Both the position numbers and the translations under genes were made by a program. From NCBI GenBank assembly GCA_013115145.1, contig JAAPAO010000039.1, positions 47,730-111,729 of the forward strand: a DNA stretch of 64,000 nt, in the 5' to 3' direction. The notes below the pieces were generated by a model, which worked only from the letters and a program-made list of their open reading frames with translations, did not search any database and was not told where the DNA came from. The stretch is from Perkinsus chesapeaki ATCC PRA-425 (Eukaryota; Protista; Perkinsozoa). This document shows, piece after piece, positions 12,500-25,179 of this stretch (the stretch's first letter is position 1; every line of letters starts with the position of its first letter).

Positions 12500-13745
12500 G
12501 CTGCAAAGAAATTTTCGAAAGAAACGCTGGCGATTTCTGAGCTGTACCGATGAGACTAAACATACTTCCCAACTGTGTAACTCAACGCGGCTGGAAATAC
12601 TGCCTTCATAATAAACATGAGCTATACACCGGAGCTATTAAAGACACCAACTTTCCGCGTATGAATGAAAGAACGGTGCTCCGAAGATCGCAGCAGTCCT
12701 GCGTTTGTCGTGTGGCTCATAAGCGAGGATCATCACTTCGCATTCTCTCTCCGTCCATCGGCAGTAGCTGTAGGGAGGCATCTTAACCGACACCATCCTG
12801 GACGACTCTGTGCCGACGTGAAAGAGCAGGGTGGGCGGATAGTCGGCGGCGGAAGATTTGATGAAAAGTTCATCTTCAGCCACCATGCGGTACATTACCT
12901 TCATTTTCAATTCGGTGAAACCTCGTCGCTTGAGAGCAGCTGTGAGCAGTCCCACTATACGGTTGATGAGCTCAGTATTAGGCGTAACAATCGGAGCATC
13001 TCCGGTGTCGAAAATGACGGAGAATGTGGCGTCGGGAGGAACGGGATAATTAAAAGGTGTTCGAGAAACCAAGTTCCCAGAGGCGTCCAAAAAACTGACC
13101 GAATCCAGCCAAGAGTGGGGGTACGTTAGTGCCCCATCATTCGGCTCACAACTTCGCCGCTTCGGTCTTCCAGCCGGGAGCCCAGAGTCAGGACCCCAGA
13201 TGGCCAATCCCAGGTATTCCCGCAAGACTGAGTTTCGAGTTTGTATGACTTATATGGTATTATCCTCCTCCATATCAGCGTTTCTAAAGTGCTTCCCTCA
13301 TCGGGTAGGAGGGCTGGCGATAGGCCGAAGAGAGCTCGGGGCCGCCCTTGGGCATGACAGGAAATTGCTCGGCTCACAAGAAAGGGGAAATTTTCAACGA
13401 CACGATCACCTAGGCGAACCGAGCCGAAGCGTCGAATGCCCTCTAGAACGACTCCGTCGTGAAATCTCTGTAATGTGACAGGCTCACTGGTGAAGTTGCA
13501 AGTCAGACCGGCGAAGCATCCGGCTTGATGAGCTTGGCAGGACCCGACACCGAAGATACTTTCATACCATTCTCATCGAGGACGGACAAGACAGGCGAGC
13601 CGGAATCTAGAGCAACTCGAACAGGTTGATCGTTAATGTTGATAGTAGCGTAGCCCAGTTCGATCGGCATCACTAAGGGCGCAGGGTTGGGGGCCAAAGA
13701 CGAATAGGAGGGTCGTATTATTGCGGTAAGGATTGCAGAAAGCAT
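12500..13745 (-). CDS. Pepsin-like (A1) aspartyl protease, multi-exon
   Basis: N-terminal hydrophobic leader; VRVALDSGS (first catalytic Asp); RFHDGVVLEG..GSVRLG flap region; EYLGLA; FSVIFDTGD (second Asp); AIFGAPFFHSY. 3' end approximate. Confidence 0.8.
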
Positions 13746-14080
13746 GGTGATATAGCTGAGGGAGACAAACGAAGTTTATGAAAGAGATGTCGATGCGAGC
13801 GAGTCGCCGAAAGTGGCTACATTCGATCCTGGAATCAATTGCAGCTTAGGCTAGGGTGCTTAGCATAGATAACAATTTAAGATGCCTACGATACTGAAGC
13901 AGTAATAGAGTAAATTTATAATGAAAAAATAGTAAGTGAATTTCCAGATGGTGAAGAACGAGATACACACATGAGACTGGTAACGCGCGTAGAGAAAAGT
14001 TAGGGAAAAGCAAGATGTCACAAGTGAGCAAGGTGCTAATAGGTTGCAATCATGATGGATCCTAGTTGAGCTCTCTTACT

Positions 14081-15421
14081 ATGGTATCTTACGAAGGCTT
14101 TCGTGATCGCTGCTCTGTGATTCTAGCACACAAAAGTCTGATGTCCCTCTATATCCTATCATCTTGCACCCAAGCATACCCTATGATAGCAATTGGCATA
14201 CTATTACGTGAAGATCTCGGTTTGGCCGATGACAACGTCTCCCTAGCCCTGTTCTATGCCAATACGTTCATTCCTTTCTACTTCCGCTGTCTTTACGGTT
14301 TCATCTCGGACAACGTCGCTTTGTACGGCACTCGTCGGGTCGTCTATATGGTGATGTGCTACTCTATTATGTCTGCCTTATACATTCTCTACGGCGCATG
14401 GGTAATCTCGCTCTCGAGAGCTTACGTTGTTGCAACACTCATTAACGTGGCCTTTGCGTTCGCAGAGTCCTGCCTCGACGCCGTAGCGGTGCAGAGATCG
14501 CAACCCAGCGGTCGAGCGCTTGTCAGTACAGACAATAACACGAGGAGCGCAGCGGACATCCAAAGCGGCGGCATGCTTTGCCGTACACTAGGGACACTAG
14601 TAGTCGGTCTCCTAGCCTCAACAACTGGTGCATTTCTACCTCATCGCGTCATCATTGCTCTTACCAGCTTGTTCCCTGTAATCTCAGTACTGGTTGTGCT
14701 CGCCCGAGTGGGAGACATTGAGAGCGAAGATTCCTTGGTTAGAGGCCTCGCCGAATTTCCTGATGTTGTTGGTATCCTTCGACCATTAGTCAGACCGTGC
14801 TGCTTTGTTATTTTCTTCGCTATGATGCCGAATACAAACGATGTTTATAACAGTTACATCTACACCACGTTCGACTACAATCAATCCGTCCTCAATCTCA
14901 TCAATGTCTGTCGTACAGTAGGCAGCCTAGCAGGGACGACTCTCTATTGGAGCGTCCTCAGAGATTCGCCGCTAACAAAGGTCTTTGTCGCATCAACTCT
15001 GGTGGCAGCATGCGCTGGTCTCACTCGCCTTTGTGTGATTTGGCACTTCAATCGTTTCGTGGCCATTCCCGATGGTATCTTCGTGGCTGCAGACGTCCTT
15101 TTTGTTGCCATTTGCGAATCCTTAGCATTGATGCCTGTTTTAGTCCTGGCTGGCTCTACGGCAAGTAAAGGTCGTAACGCCGAGGGCTTCATGTTCGCCG
15201 CGTTGATGGCCTTCAACTCGCTTGGGGGATATCTCTCGGCGTACTGGTCAGCATTGGTATTGAAACTAGTTGGAAGCCCTGGTCAGAATAATGGCTACCT
15301 GAACCTCTGGCTGGCAATCGTTGTGTGCACGCTGTCTACTCTCTTGCCATTGTTGATGTTGCCTCTGCTGAGAACTTCTGGAGAAGTTCGCGAGAGTCTC
15401 CTAGATGGTGATAGATCCTGA
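14081..15421 (+). CDS. Folate/biopterin transporter (BT1/FBT family, MFS), intronless
   Basis: About 446-aa ORF with ~12 hydrophobic segments; FRCLYGFISDNVALYGTRRVVY, FAESCLDAVAVQ and ADIQSGGMLCR match BT1 family motifs. First ATG at 14081. Confidence 0.85.
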   Translation: MVSYEGFRDRCSVILAHKSLMSLYILSSCTQAYPMIAIGILLREDLGLADDNVSLALFYANTFIPFYFRCLYGFISDNVALYGTRRVVYMVMCYSIMSALYILYGAWVISLSRAYVVATLINVAFAFAESCLDAVAVQRSQPSGRALVSTDNNTRSAADIQSGGMLCRTLGTLVVGLLASTTGAFLPHRVIIALTSLFPVISVLVVLARVGDIESEDSLVRGLAEFPDVVGILRPLVRPCCFVIFFAMMPNTNDVYNSYIYTTFDYNQSVLNLINVCRTVGSLAGTTLYWSVLRDSPLTKVFVASTLVAACAGLTRLCVIWHFNRFVAIPDGIFVAADVLFVAICESLALMPVLVLAGSTASKGRNAEGFMFAALMAFNSLGGYLSAYWSALVLKLVGSPGQNNGYLNLWLAIVVCTLSTLLPLLMLPLLRTSGEVRESLLDGDRS

Positions 15422-16348
15422 TAGGCCGCTGTTTCCGTGGTTACTGCATAATTGCTTTTTTCTGGGGAGAAAATACTGTGTTTGAATCACCACCCTCCGG
15501 GCGTGATGGTCTGAAGCACATTCCTGAGCCTCGGAGACTATTAATGGACTCCATTGAAGATGTTCCTCCCACTGTGCGCAGTGCAGAAAAACGCGTTGTG
15601 CGATGCTTTCAGTGCTCTTCGCGTTTTTGCGCGAGTCAGAAGCATTCAAGACATTGCCGGCTGGGTTTAAGACCAGCACTGCCTGGCAAGTGTGATATTG
15701 TCACACTGCGATATCCCTAGTAGTGGTCCTGGTCGTGATTAGAGCCATTACGGAGTTGGTCGGCGGTGATTCATATGATAGTGAAGCTCACTTACGATGG
15801 GGTCACCAGGTGATCCATAGTAGGTTATGCTCCGTAACCTCGGCATCATACTCTGATTATGAGCTCCAGCTCCTCGTGATCAGTTTGCCCTAAGATCGTC
15901 GGGCTTGAGGGTTTGCATCGTGGTCAGCACGGCGTCGAAGGGCGGAGAACATGACCATATAACCTGGACCAGCGAGCGATCCAAGGCGTTAGTTCACTCC
16001 AAGACTTTGGAGTCCCTAGCCAATGGCTAGGCTGTGGATCAGATCCGTATGGCTCTCAACGGCGGGACCAGACTCCCCGGAAACCATCGCTTGTTCTGAT
16101 GTGTTCCTCGGACTGAGAACAACACACGATTGAGGGGAGCGTCTTGCAATGTGATCCTAGTGGGAGTTGTAATTGCGTCAGTTCTCCTGTTTCGCATTGA
16201 CAACACAACTTCGGCGATGCTTCTGGAATATATTTTGTTAATGAAAAAAGGTATAGTAGAGTTGCGACAAGAAGTATGAGATTAGACCGAACAGAAGCAA
16301 ACTCTGTCTGCAGTCTGATCGATCTTCCTTGCTCGGAGGAGTGGTATC

Positions 16349-16843
16349 CTACTTGCGGATTTTACCATCCCAGGGGCCCGGGCACCTCTCCAAATAGTGA
16401 ACACGATCGTAGATCGTAAGCTCCAATGTATCATTGCCTTCGTAATGACGCATAGCAGCGAACTGCTCCTTAGTGAAGCCAAAGCCTTCGAAGTCGTATT
16501 TCGAGACATCTGGTTGAGGGGCATCAGCGCATTCATTATAAACCATAATAATGTTCCTCAAGCGACGCTTCTGCCACCAAGGGAGGAATCGGCGAGAGTT
16601 GGCCTGACGGTACTCCATAGTGGTTCCGTTCCAGAAAGTAACAGTATGGAACGTTTGGATGTTGCATGTTTTGCCGGGGATGTCGATCCTGGTGCAGTAC
16701 TGGGCAGGGAGGCTGTCGATCAGTTTACCAATTGCAGTAGTGATCATGACGAGACCCATAGTGATGCGGCCGATCATTTCTATGCTATCGAAAGTGAAAC
16801 CTAAAGAGATCTCAAAGGCAAGCTCAAGAGGCGCAAGACTCAA
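16349..16843 (-). CDS. Hypothetical protein
   Basis: 164-codon ORF with a hydrophobic N-terminal segment and protein-like C-terminus (KYDFEGFGFTKEQFAAMRHYEGNDTLELTIYDRVHYLERCPGPW); no domain recognised. Confidence 0.4.
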   Translation of the reverse strand: MSLAPLELAFEISLGFTFDSIEMIGRITMGLVMITTAIGKLIDSLPAQYCTRIDIPGKTCNIQTFHTVTFWNGTTMEYRQANSRRFLPWWQKRRLRNIIMVYNECADAPQPDVSKYDFEGFGFTKEQFAAMRHYEGNDTLELTIYDRVHYLERCPGPWDGKIRK

Positions 16844-18025
16844 GGCTCAACAAACCGAATCTTTACGGGATAGTTGTTTCTGAGCGACGCCGGCTGGCTC
16901 TACGCAACACATGCGAAGCGTACACGCGACGCCGTGAGGTGAAGCAAGCTACTTAGAATGTCTGCTGCGTTCATACCATTCATGGTGTGAATATGGCATT
17001 TTAGGCCTCGTCCGTGAACGATAAGTCGAACTCATAAAGTTCTAGCTATAAAGTAGGTAGTAATTATTACTAAGCAATATAATGGATACCACGATCAACT
17101 ACCTCTTGGACACCCTCACGCAAGCCCCGTCACCCTCGCTAAAAAGACATAAGTTATAAGGATCAAGCGCCAGACGCAAATACGAGCTCCTTCGTATTCC
17201 CAAAAATATATGAAATAAGCATTTCCGCCTTCTTATGGTTCTGTTGCATCAGCGAGTGTGATTTCCTGACAAGAGCATCCATTCACGATGCCAGCCAGCT
17301 GTGAGCCCATGCGTGCACGAGATGCTCTGCGTCACGCGCCGAAGTGGTCTACCATTCACGGAGCGCTTCATCGCTAGGAATGCTGACTTTCCTTCTGGTA
17401 TACCAACTAGTTTCTTCATTCTTATTACTGCATAGCTGTTTCTACTACGTCAGGCAGTGGAGAGGAGATTTTTTCGGTACCATTTCTCCCACTGGCCGAG
17501 TCGGCTCCGCGCGTCACACGTCACACGATAGCAATATTCTGTGGAAGTCTCCCTGACTGTGATGGAGAAATCCGAAGAATCATTTGCCAAACGACTAGCA
17601 CTGGTTGCGTTAAGTCCATTAGTCCATCTCACACACTCAAAGTTAGTCGATTATGAGCAAGGCTAAGCTGCGTGGCTTGAACGAGAAGGGTGATGAAGGG
17701 TCCGAATACAGTACGACAGAGCGAATTTCTGAGACTGAAAGAAAAGCTGTGTGGGTGAGGATGACTAGAGAAAGGCGCAAACGGTAAGATTTGGTAGATA
17801 TCCGATAAAAGTGTAAATTACATTTTGAATCTATGAATACCTATAATAAACCCTATAAATCTATCTATACATATTACTGCTATAATACCCACCCTTCGGG
17901 CACCACGCAAACCTGTAATACGTGATGAAGCTGAGATATCTTTCATTTCATAATTCCACCCCTGGCCACGTGTTGTATATTCCTGGACACCGTCGATCAT
18001 TTACGAATGGGTCTATTTTAGAGTA

Positions 18026-19950
18026 TTGGCGGCTAAGGAGGTTATCGTCCGAGGGGCGATGAGAGACGAGCAACTGGACGGTGATCAGATTCGGGAATGG
18101 ATGGAGAGCTTCAGTGGTCAGCCCCAAGCATTTACTATCAACTCATGCATCTGCTTCAGAGAGGCCTCCGCTAGACCTCGAGACATCTACCAGAACGTCG
18201 AAGTCTCGCAGAAAAATGAGCAACCAGTACTGATTTCTATGATGTCTGGTAGATCTCTCGTCGCAGGACGAATTCGTCGGTTAAGAATGGAGCGTCGGAC
18301 TCGTCGTTTGTTGCTGAGGCGGATGCTGGAGCAGGTGGGCTATTGTTGACTACGAGAGCAGTGTTATAATTAATAATAGTATTTATTATGCGCTCATTAC
18401 TACTGGCATTTCGATCATCGGGGGTTCTGCCTAGGCGAAATATTTCTGAGAGTTTAGTACTGACCGAGATTCGAAAGCATTTGATATGCACCATGGCTCG
18501 TAGATAATGTGGATTATTACTAACAGCTTTTTGAAGCTCGATCTAGCGTCGGCTCACTTCGTCCTCAGCTGAAGGCAACACTGGATGCTCTGACTGGACC
18601 CATCCTCTTAAGCCGATCCTCTCGAGGCGGTCAATGATTCCGTTCCGCCAGCTGTTGGTCTTCATAGAATGTAGCTTTTTCTCGTAAACAGTAATTGTAA
18701 CGCTGTCCGATGTCCGACCTAGCAAGAGGGCATTACAACTGCTCCATAGTACAGAGATCCTAGGCATCAATCATGCTGGCATGGACCGGACATGCTCATG
18801 AGGCCCAGCTCATCGGCTCAGGTATCAGCAGCGGCACGGAGGCTTTGGGCGGCCAATCAACCGGACTCGACGATGACTTTTCCGATTCGGACGGCAGTGA
18901 TCTGGGTTCGTTCTGCCTGAGTGAGGTGGAAGACATCGAATACTATTACGAGCTGCTAGATATTGACCATCAGTCTAACCATCAGGAGATCAGGGTAGGC
19001 TTATCCGCTTAAAGTGCTCAATAAATGGTGAAACAAAGTGGTAAACCACCTTTATCTTGTCCTATTACTGATCTTGCGTGCATCGTATTAGATAACATCT
19101 TATAGATTGGTTTCCATGAATCCTATTGATATCTATAACCTGAAGTTTGGCATTGGCGATCACCATAAAAGCATTCAAGCAGCTTAGAGCATACAGACAC
19201 TACAGTTAGAAGCTGTTGCCAATATTATCACAGCGACCATAGTCCTTCCATCAGACCATATCAAGATAATCGGTATCGTGGTCTTTATATGATCATGAAT
19301 GCCGTGCTCCATTCTTGTGGAGCATTGAGCAATGTCACTCTGACATTGTCAGAATTCGCCCCAGAGTTTCAGTCGTTTTCCTTCGTCTCTCTCCAACACA
19401 TTTCATCAAAATAGTTAATCTATCACCGATCTTCATATAATTATGACTATCATTATAGTAATGATGGCAAATATTTTGTTATCCGTTCGCCACTCTATTC
19501 CGTACCGAGTTCACCGTATGTCCCATACAAAATGTTGTAGAAGAACGATAGTAGAATCATCCTAAGCATGTAGACTTCAAGTTGAAGAAAATGGATGCTC
19601 CAGACTTAGTGTAGATTATACGGTGCTTGAAACGGAACGGGGACAACCTACGGCTCAGGATGCATATAGATGGCTGGCTCTACATACTCATCCGGATAAA
19701 TGCCGACGATCCTCGCGTAATATCAACTACACCGAGAGGGCAGTGAGAGTCTTCCAGAGGGTTGGCGAGGCATACAGAACTCTTTCTGACCCATTCAGGA
19801 GGTAAGAGGATCCACCACCTGCCTTTGCGTGACACGGAGCGATTTTTAGGTGGGTTTATGATGAGTATGGCGATCACGGTATTGATGTGCTTGAAGATGG
19901 AAATGAGGCCGATGTTGATGAGTTGAAGGAAAGGTGTGAAGAAGTTGCGC
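18026..19950 (+). CDS. DnaJ (Hsp40) domain protein, multi-exon; J-domain preceded by an N-terminal extension
   Basis: YYELLDIDHQSNHQEIR (exon ends 18994) splices to DAYRWLALHTHPDK...FQRVGEAYRTLSDPFRR (19659-19801; HPD at 19689-19697), then RWVYDEYG. Start and stop approximate. Confidence 0.8.
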
Positions 19951-21957
19951 TTCTTAATGGCTTAATAGCAACTTCCGATGGTTTACTTCATCATCAACTT
20001 TAACAGCAACGAACTGCCCATCAGGCATTCAGAATGTCAGAAGGGCTCGAGAAGAGCTGTTGTACAGAAAATGCACCTTAGAAGCTTGTTGTCAAAAATT
20101 TGGACATATTTTCGATTTTGACTCAAAATCGGCCGCCTGATTATTTATCGGTGAAGACAAACAAGGTTCACCATTGCAGTAACGGTCTGTCTGTTTGTCT
20201 CTTTAAATTGTTGGTGTCCACCGAGAGCAGCAATAATTCTATGATTAATTAACTGTAATTAAATGATTGTCATATATTTATAAATAATTGGCGTACTGCA
20301 GTAACCTATAATATAAATATTTTGTATGACCTCTAACACTTGATCAATGTGATGAATGACTCCCAGTCCAAATCGGCTCTGGGCTCTTCTTCTTGACGTC
20401 TTCTGTGTATCAGGTATGATGTTTATATGAAAGCAAAGCAACCAGGCAGGAAGCATTATCAAGGAAGGGCTCGCAGACGGCGCGCGGGGAGTCGCCAGGT
20501 GAGAGACGATCGATTGCAACTACCCTCACTGTGAGGGCCTCACATATCCCTCAAACCTGTTTTGGTTCGAGATTGTGGCAGCTACTGCATGAGCTCATAA
20601 TGCTGAAGTGGCATAGCTGAAGAGGCACCAACTATGCCAACTTGTCCAGCTTGAACAGTCCAGGTGGTGTGAACCAGTATGTGCTACGGATCATAACAGA
20701 TCCTGTAAAGAGATTGATCCTCGAAAGGTTGCACTGCATAACATTTTATAAGCAATACCCTGCTGACAGCAGTAAAATAGATGTATTAATATTAACAGTG
20801 CACGCATCGTACTGAGTGAGCGTGGCACAAAGGACGTTTAAGCTATTAGCTATCAAGCAAAGTGAAGTGAAATCATACATACTTGACTGCGATGTTGATG
20901 AGTGATACTCTTAGATTGCTATGGGATACTCTGGATCCGCTACGTTAATGACGCGGTCAATTTATTGGGCAAGTTAAAAGTTTGAGTGAGATGCAGATTA
21001 AATAGTGGCATATGGGGACGATACCTGAGTGTTAGTTGTTGGGAAGCTACTTTGATTAAAAGTTCTAATTGAATGTGTATTTGCTACTTATCACTTCATT
21101 ACTGTATTAGGCTAAGACTCAAGGGGGCTTCAAAAAGTTGGCAGCTGATGCGTGTTTTGCTGCTACTGAAACCGTTACAAGATATGCTGGTGTTGCGGCT
21201 GATGGTGCGACCTCCGGTGCTGCGCAAGGTACTGTGATCACCGATACGAATTCACGCCAAGTTGCTCTCAGGTGCTCGCATTGGTGCGTATCTGGCTCCC
21301 CTGACTTTCGGTTTGAGTTTGCCGACGCTCTCTGCAGTGGGTAGTGTTATCGGAGCAGCAAGAGCCAGTATAGGGGAGCTCCGGAGAGACTGACTAACGG
21401 CGTGCTAATTAGATCGTGCGTGTCACATTTAGCGATCGAGTTGCGTTGTACGACAAGTATAGACTTGATGTAACACGACTAGGGCGAAGATGTGATCAAA
21501 TCGACAAGGCTAACATATCATTAACACCTGGCACCAGAATTGACTGTCGAGGGGGATGCAGTTACTTTTCATATCTACAAGCGTTATCTGCCTTATCAGC
21601 ACTTGCGTGCTGTCTCTGAGCAGGAGCTGAGCGGTATCTTTCTACTCCTCACTCTCGCTTTTCCTTTTTCATATGGTGTCTATTACGTGAGTCATAAAGG
21701 GGAGAGTGTGCACGTGCCTGGCTACATCTGTAGCCGTGCTTGAGAAAAATACGGAAAATACCGAACAGCCAAAAACGCGCTTTCTGAGCACAAGTCCCGT
21801 ATAAAATGGTGAGGAAATCCAGCTCACAAGGCATACCCATCGGTTGAGGGAGCCGAACAGATATTCCCACACCTGTATGAATTAGAGGGGAATAAAGTAT
21901 TAGACAATCGCTGACACAGAGATACCTCTCTAGGGTTGCACCATCCCAGCTAAAGCG

Positions 21958-22124
21958 TGACAGATACTGTAAAAAATTTTTGTTCGAGTCTGAGCTGCCC
22001 GGCTTGGATTTATGGGTAATCGAGGTCGTAGAACTCGACAGAAAAGGAAATAAGGCGAAGTTCGATCTAGCTGGCGAAAAATTTGCCCGCCTTTGGCGCG
22101 CTTTTCTAGATGACACGTACTGTA
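21958..22124. mobile_element. Tc1/mariner-type MITE-related segment (longer relative of 36170-36314)
   Basis: 21994-22098 is a reverse-complement copy of 36192-36297. The segment ends in TGACACGTACTG|TA (22111-22124), and a second terminus-like TGACAGATACTG|TA lies at 21958-21971. Confidence 0.6.
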
Positions 22125-22722
22125 CGTCGGACGGCCACCTACACTCATCACAGGGCGTGTGTGGCGACGAACCAAGGTGTCCGTCGGAAAGAGCTGGTGG
22201 CGGATCCATAATGAACACAATGCAGATGACGTAAACCAGATACCAATAGTTGATCAAGTATAGTGCAGAGGGCCGATGGGAGCAGATAGCAGATCTTGTG
22301 ACGAAGGGGATCAGAGGGGACGAAGGGACGGTCAAAGAGAAAGAAGGAGACGGAAGAAGAAAAGAAAGAAGAAGGGCACTGAGAATCATTATCACTAATA
22401 CGCATACTACATCACTGACTAATGATTGCAATACTTAGATCAGTAGCTAGGATATAGCCTAGCGGTTTCTTCTACACAAAAAGATATCTTGGCGAGCGAG
22501 AACGGCGGTGAGCCTTCGCACGCCACACGTGCGCTAAAAGCTCCTTGGGGATCTTGCATTTCCCTTAGATCAGGGCGATGCTTGAAGGCCGCCTCGAGTA
22601 GGAAGAGGACACAGTTCGAGGCTGAGTCTATAATGTTGTAGATGGGATAAACAGTTGTCACGTATGGAATTGTAGAATCGGCTTGACATTCGTGAACTGC
22701 TTTGCTTAACCTCAGTTCAAAG

Positions 22723-23586
22723 ATGCTTGTTGCCGAATCAACCAATGCAGCTCCAAAGGAAAGTGCGGCGGCGGCCGCCCCTCCCCGCTCCGGGAGCATC
22801 AGTCTCGTTACCGGTGGAGGTAAGACCCCCCGCAGCAGCCAAGGCGCCGCATTTCGTCCGATCCCGGCCACCACCCCCGTACCATTTCCCAGCCACATAC
22901 AGATTGAAGGCGCGTCCGGTCCCTATGGTGACGAGATCAACGGTTATTATATACTTCAGCCGACTGCCAGGGGCATCCTGGGAAAATGGAAATTCTGTTA
23001 TTTCAAAAATAAATGTGAAAATGTCGTTCTTTGCTATGGTGAGGACGTGCCAGAGCTTGGCGAAACTGGTGCGGGTCTGGTCGGTTGGGCAGTGGCCAAG
23101 ATTGACCCCGAAGACCACCATAGCGGCTCGGTCGAGGTCCTGGCGCGATGCGTGGTGAAGAAGGAGGATAACGGACAAGCCTTCAAGTGGTTCATCAAAA
23201 GCATCAGTGCTTCGTTCGTCCCCATCTACACAATCAACGCCAAGCCAGTCGTCGCTACTCCAGCCGCTGCTGCGGCAGTTGTGTGCGCCCAGACTGAACC
23301 GGAAGGGGTCAAGTCGAGCAGACGTACAAGAGACAGGGCTGACTCGGCTGCCGCTCATCAACGCATTGCCTTCGCTGGTATGTTGGCCAATGCGCAGGCA
23401 CAGCTGTTGGCAGCCAAGTGTGGTGATGGGCTGCTGCCGGCCCCAATGGTTGTTGGTGCGGATGAACCTGCCACTATGGTTGACGAGTTCGATGTTAATG
23501 GTATCCCGGAGCTGACTAGATCCATAACGGCCCCGGCCAATAAGGGAAGGAGAGTCAGTTTCGCTCCCGCTGCCAGCGAGAAGTAA
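22723..23586 (+). CDS. Hypothetical protein, intronless, with C-terminal RVxF (PP1-docking-like) motif
   Basis: 287-aa ORF from ATG 22723; globular core IQIEGASGPYGDEINGYY...W flanked by Ala/Pro-rich low-complexity regions; ends KGRRVSFAPAASEK. Confidence 0.7.
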   Translation: MLVAESTNAAPKESAAAAAPPRSGSISLVTGGGKTPRSSQGAAFRPIPATTPVPFPSHIQIEGASGPYGDEINGYYILQPTARGILGKWKFCYFKNKCENVVLCYGEDVPELGETGAGLVGWAVAKIDPEDHHSGSVEVLARCVVKKEDNGQAFKWFIKSISASFVPIYTINAKPVVATPAAAAAVVCAQTEPEGVKSSRRTRDRADSAAAHQRIAFAGMLANAQAQLLAAKCGDGLLPAPMVVGADEPATMVDEFDVNGIPELTRSITAPANKGRRVSFAPAASEK

Positions 23587-24101
23587 GTCTCTGTGGGAAA
23601 CGAATTCTCGAGTGTGAAGGCGTTCTTCTGTTTGTAATTTTTTATACTGGTGACGGGTAGGAGGGCGAGTGGAGCACTGTAGGTAGTTGGCAGTGTCAGG
23701 GGGGGGCAATATTACGCCCAGCTTGCACTTTCTTGTGTGAGAGCGGCTTCGATAGTATCGCCGTCTGTCGTTTTGTCCGAGAGTTATATCGGCTGATCGA
23801 GAAATGACCCTATGGTGATGGGGCAGAATAATAGTCGACCTCAGAACGTTGTTTATTGCTTTACTCTCTCTTGTTATATAAATCCTATAACAGTCGCTAT
23901 CCGGTGGACAAGTAGTCTGGCAGAAAATTGTACGACATTGCGATTGCATCCCGATTTAGGACTCCTGATCGTGAATGTTTGACTATATCAGAAGGCTGTT
24001 ATCCGTACATTTTGGCCTTTCAAACTCCAAGGCTAGTGCTCTAGCAGTCAGTCTCATTTTAGGTGACATGTTGTCTGTAGCAAAGCACTTGGTGGCTCCA
24101 A

Positions 24102-24806
24102 AGTCTGTGTGTTCGCAGCGTTGGAATTTCACTTGGTGAAAATGTTGGTGTCATCAGGCCCCCTCCACCCGCAGCAAGCTCCTCGACTACCTCTTCAAGA
24201 AGGCTCTCTGCCCTGGCACCGGTGTTCATTCCGAGACGTCACACTGTGGCTGGGCAAACACTTTTCACTCCCCCAACTACTGCTACCAAGTACACCAATG
24301 CTACGAAGAAAATGTATAAAAGGTCCAACTCGACGATAGATGATCTGTTCCGAAGCGCGGAAAGGCATCAGGGCGTCTATGTGAACTCCCGCGCGGGGAA
24401 GGTTACCTGGAATCTCGGAACCGTGGCTGACAAGCTGAAGTGCGTGGTGCCTGGCGAGGCTGTCAGCAGCATAACTTTTAGATTGCCGAGGGAGACGGGA
24501 GACCTCGGGCCGCCGATTCAGTTTGAGTTCTATCCATTCGGCGTGAAAGGCAAGTCTCCTCCTGGATGCGCGGCTGTGGGCTTGAATTGTCCCCAAGGGG
24601 CCTGCATGAGGTTCTTGTTAAGTCTGGGGAAAGCTACGAGCGGAGCGAAGGTGCTCATGGGAAACAGATTTTATGTCGATTTCTATCCGCCCAAGGCGGG
24701 CGGGGCAGATGGAGGCGAAGGGGACAGCGGGATTGTGCAAGCCTTCAAGTACTCGGACTTACGAGTGTCGTTACAGCTGTTGGAGTGGATGGATGGTGCT
24801 TATTAA
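24102..24806 (+). CDS. Protein with PAM2-like motif and MATH/TRAF-like C-terminal domain (start unresolved)
   Basis: Open frame contains RRLSALAPVFIP, then VTWNLGTVADKLKC..GEAVSSITF..IQFEFYPFG..AAVGL..MRFLLSLG, a beta-sandwich MATH-like pattern. Confidence 0.6.
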   Translation, partial: SLCVRSVGISLGENVGVIRPPPPAASSSTTSSRRLSALAPVFIPRRHTVAGQTLFTPPTTATKYTNATKKMYKRSNSTIDDLFRSAERHQGVYVNSRAGKVTWNLGTVADKLKCVVPGEAVSSITFRLPRETGDLGPPIQFEFYPFGVKGKSPPGCAAVGLNCPQGACMRFLLSLGKATSGAKVLMGNRFYVDFYPPKAGGADGGEGDSGIVQAFKYSDLRVSLQLLEWMDGAY

Positions 24807-25179
24807 GGGTATCTTGAGGTTGAGCGTGCAGGATACAAAATAGGTTCAGATTTACTCGTCTTGTGACGAACGCAGTAGAGTGTAGCATCATTTCAGACTA
24901 CGTTATAAAGTATTATGAGGTCAACAACTAACATCACATCCATTGTTTTATTCTCATATTTGCTGACCTGGTATCCAGATTTTCACAATCTGCTAGCATT
25001 TGAGTTTCCTAGTCCTCGGTGACGGCGGGACAACGAAATAAGTCGTCTCATTGCAGTCGCTATGTTGTACCAGCTTCAAGCTAAGATACGTTAGAGCTAA
25101 GTTGAGATGATGCACTGCAGATGAGGAGGGAGGGGAGCATCAAATGTTAAGCCCAGAAGGAACTTTTCGACCAGCAGCT

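Noticed and set aside
22738-23949. 403-aa minus-strand ORF
   Set aside because: It is the antisense shadow of the GC-rich plus-strand gene 22723-23586 and has no domain-like features.
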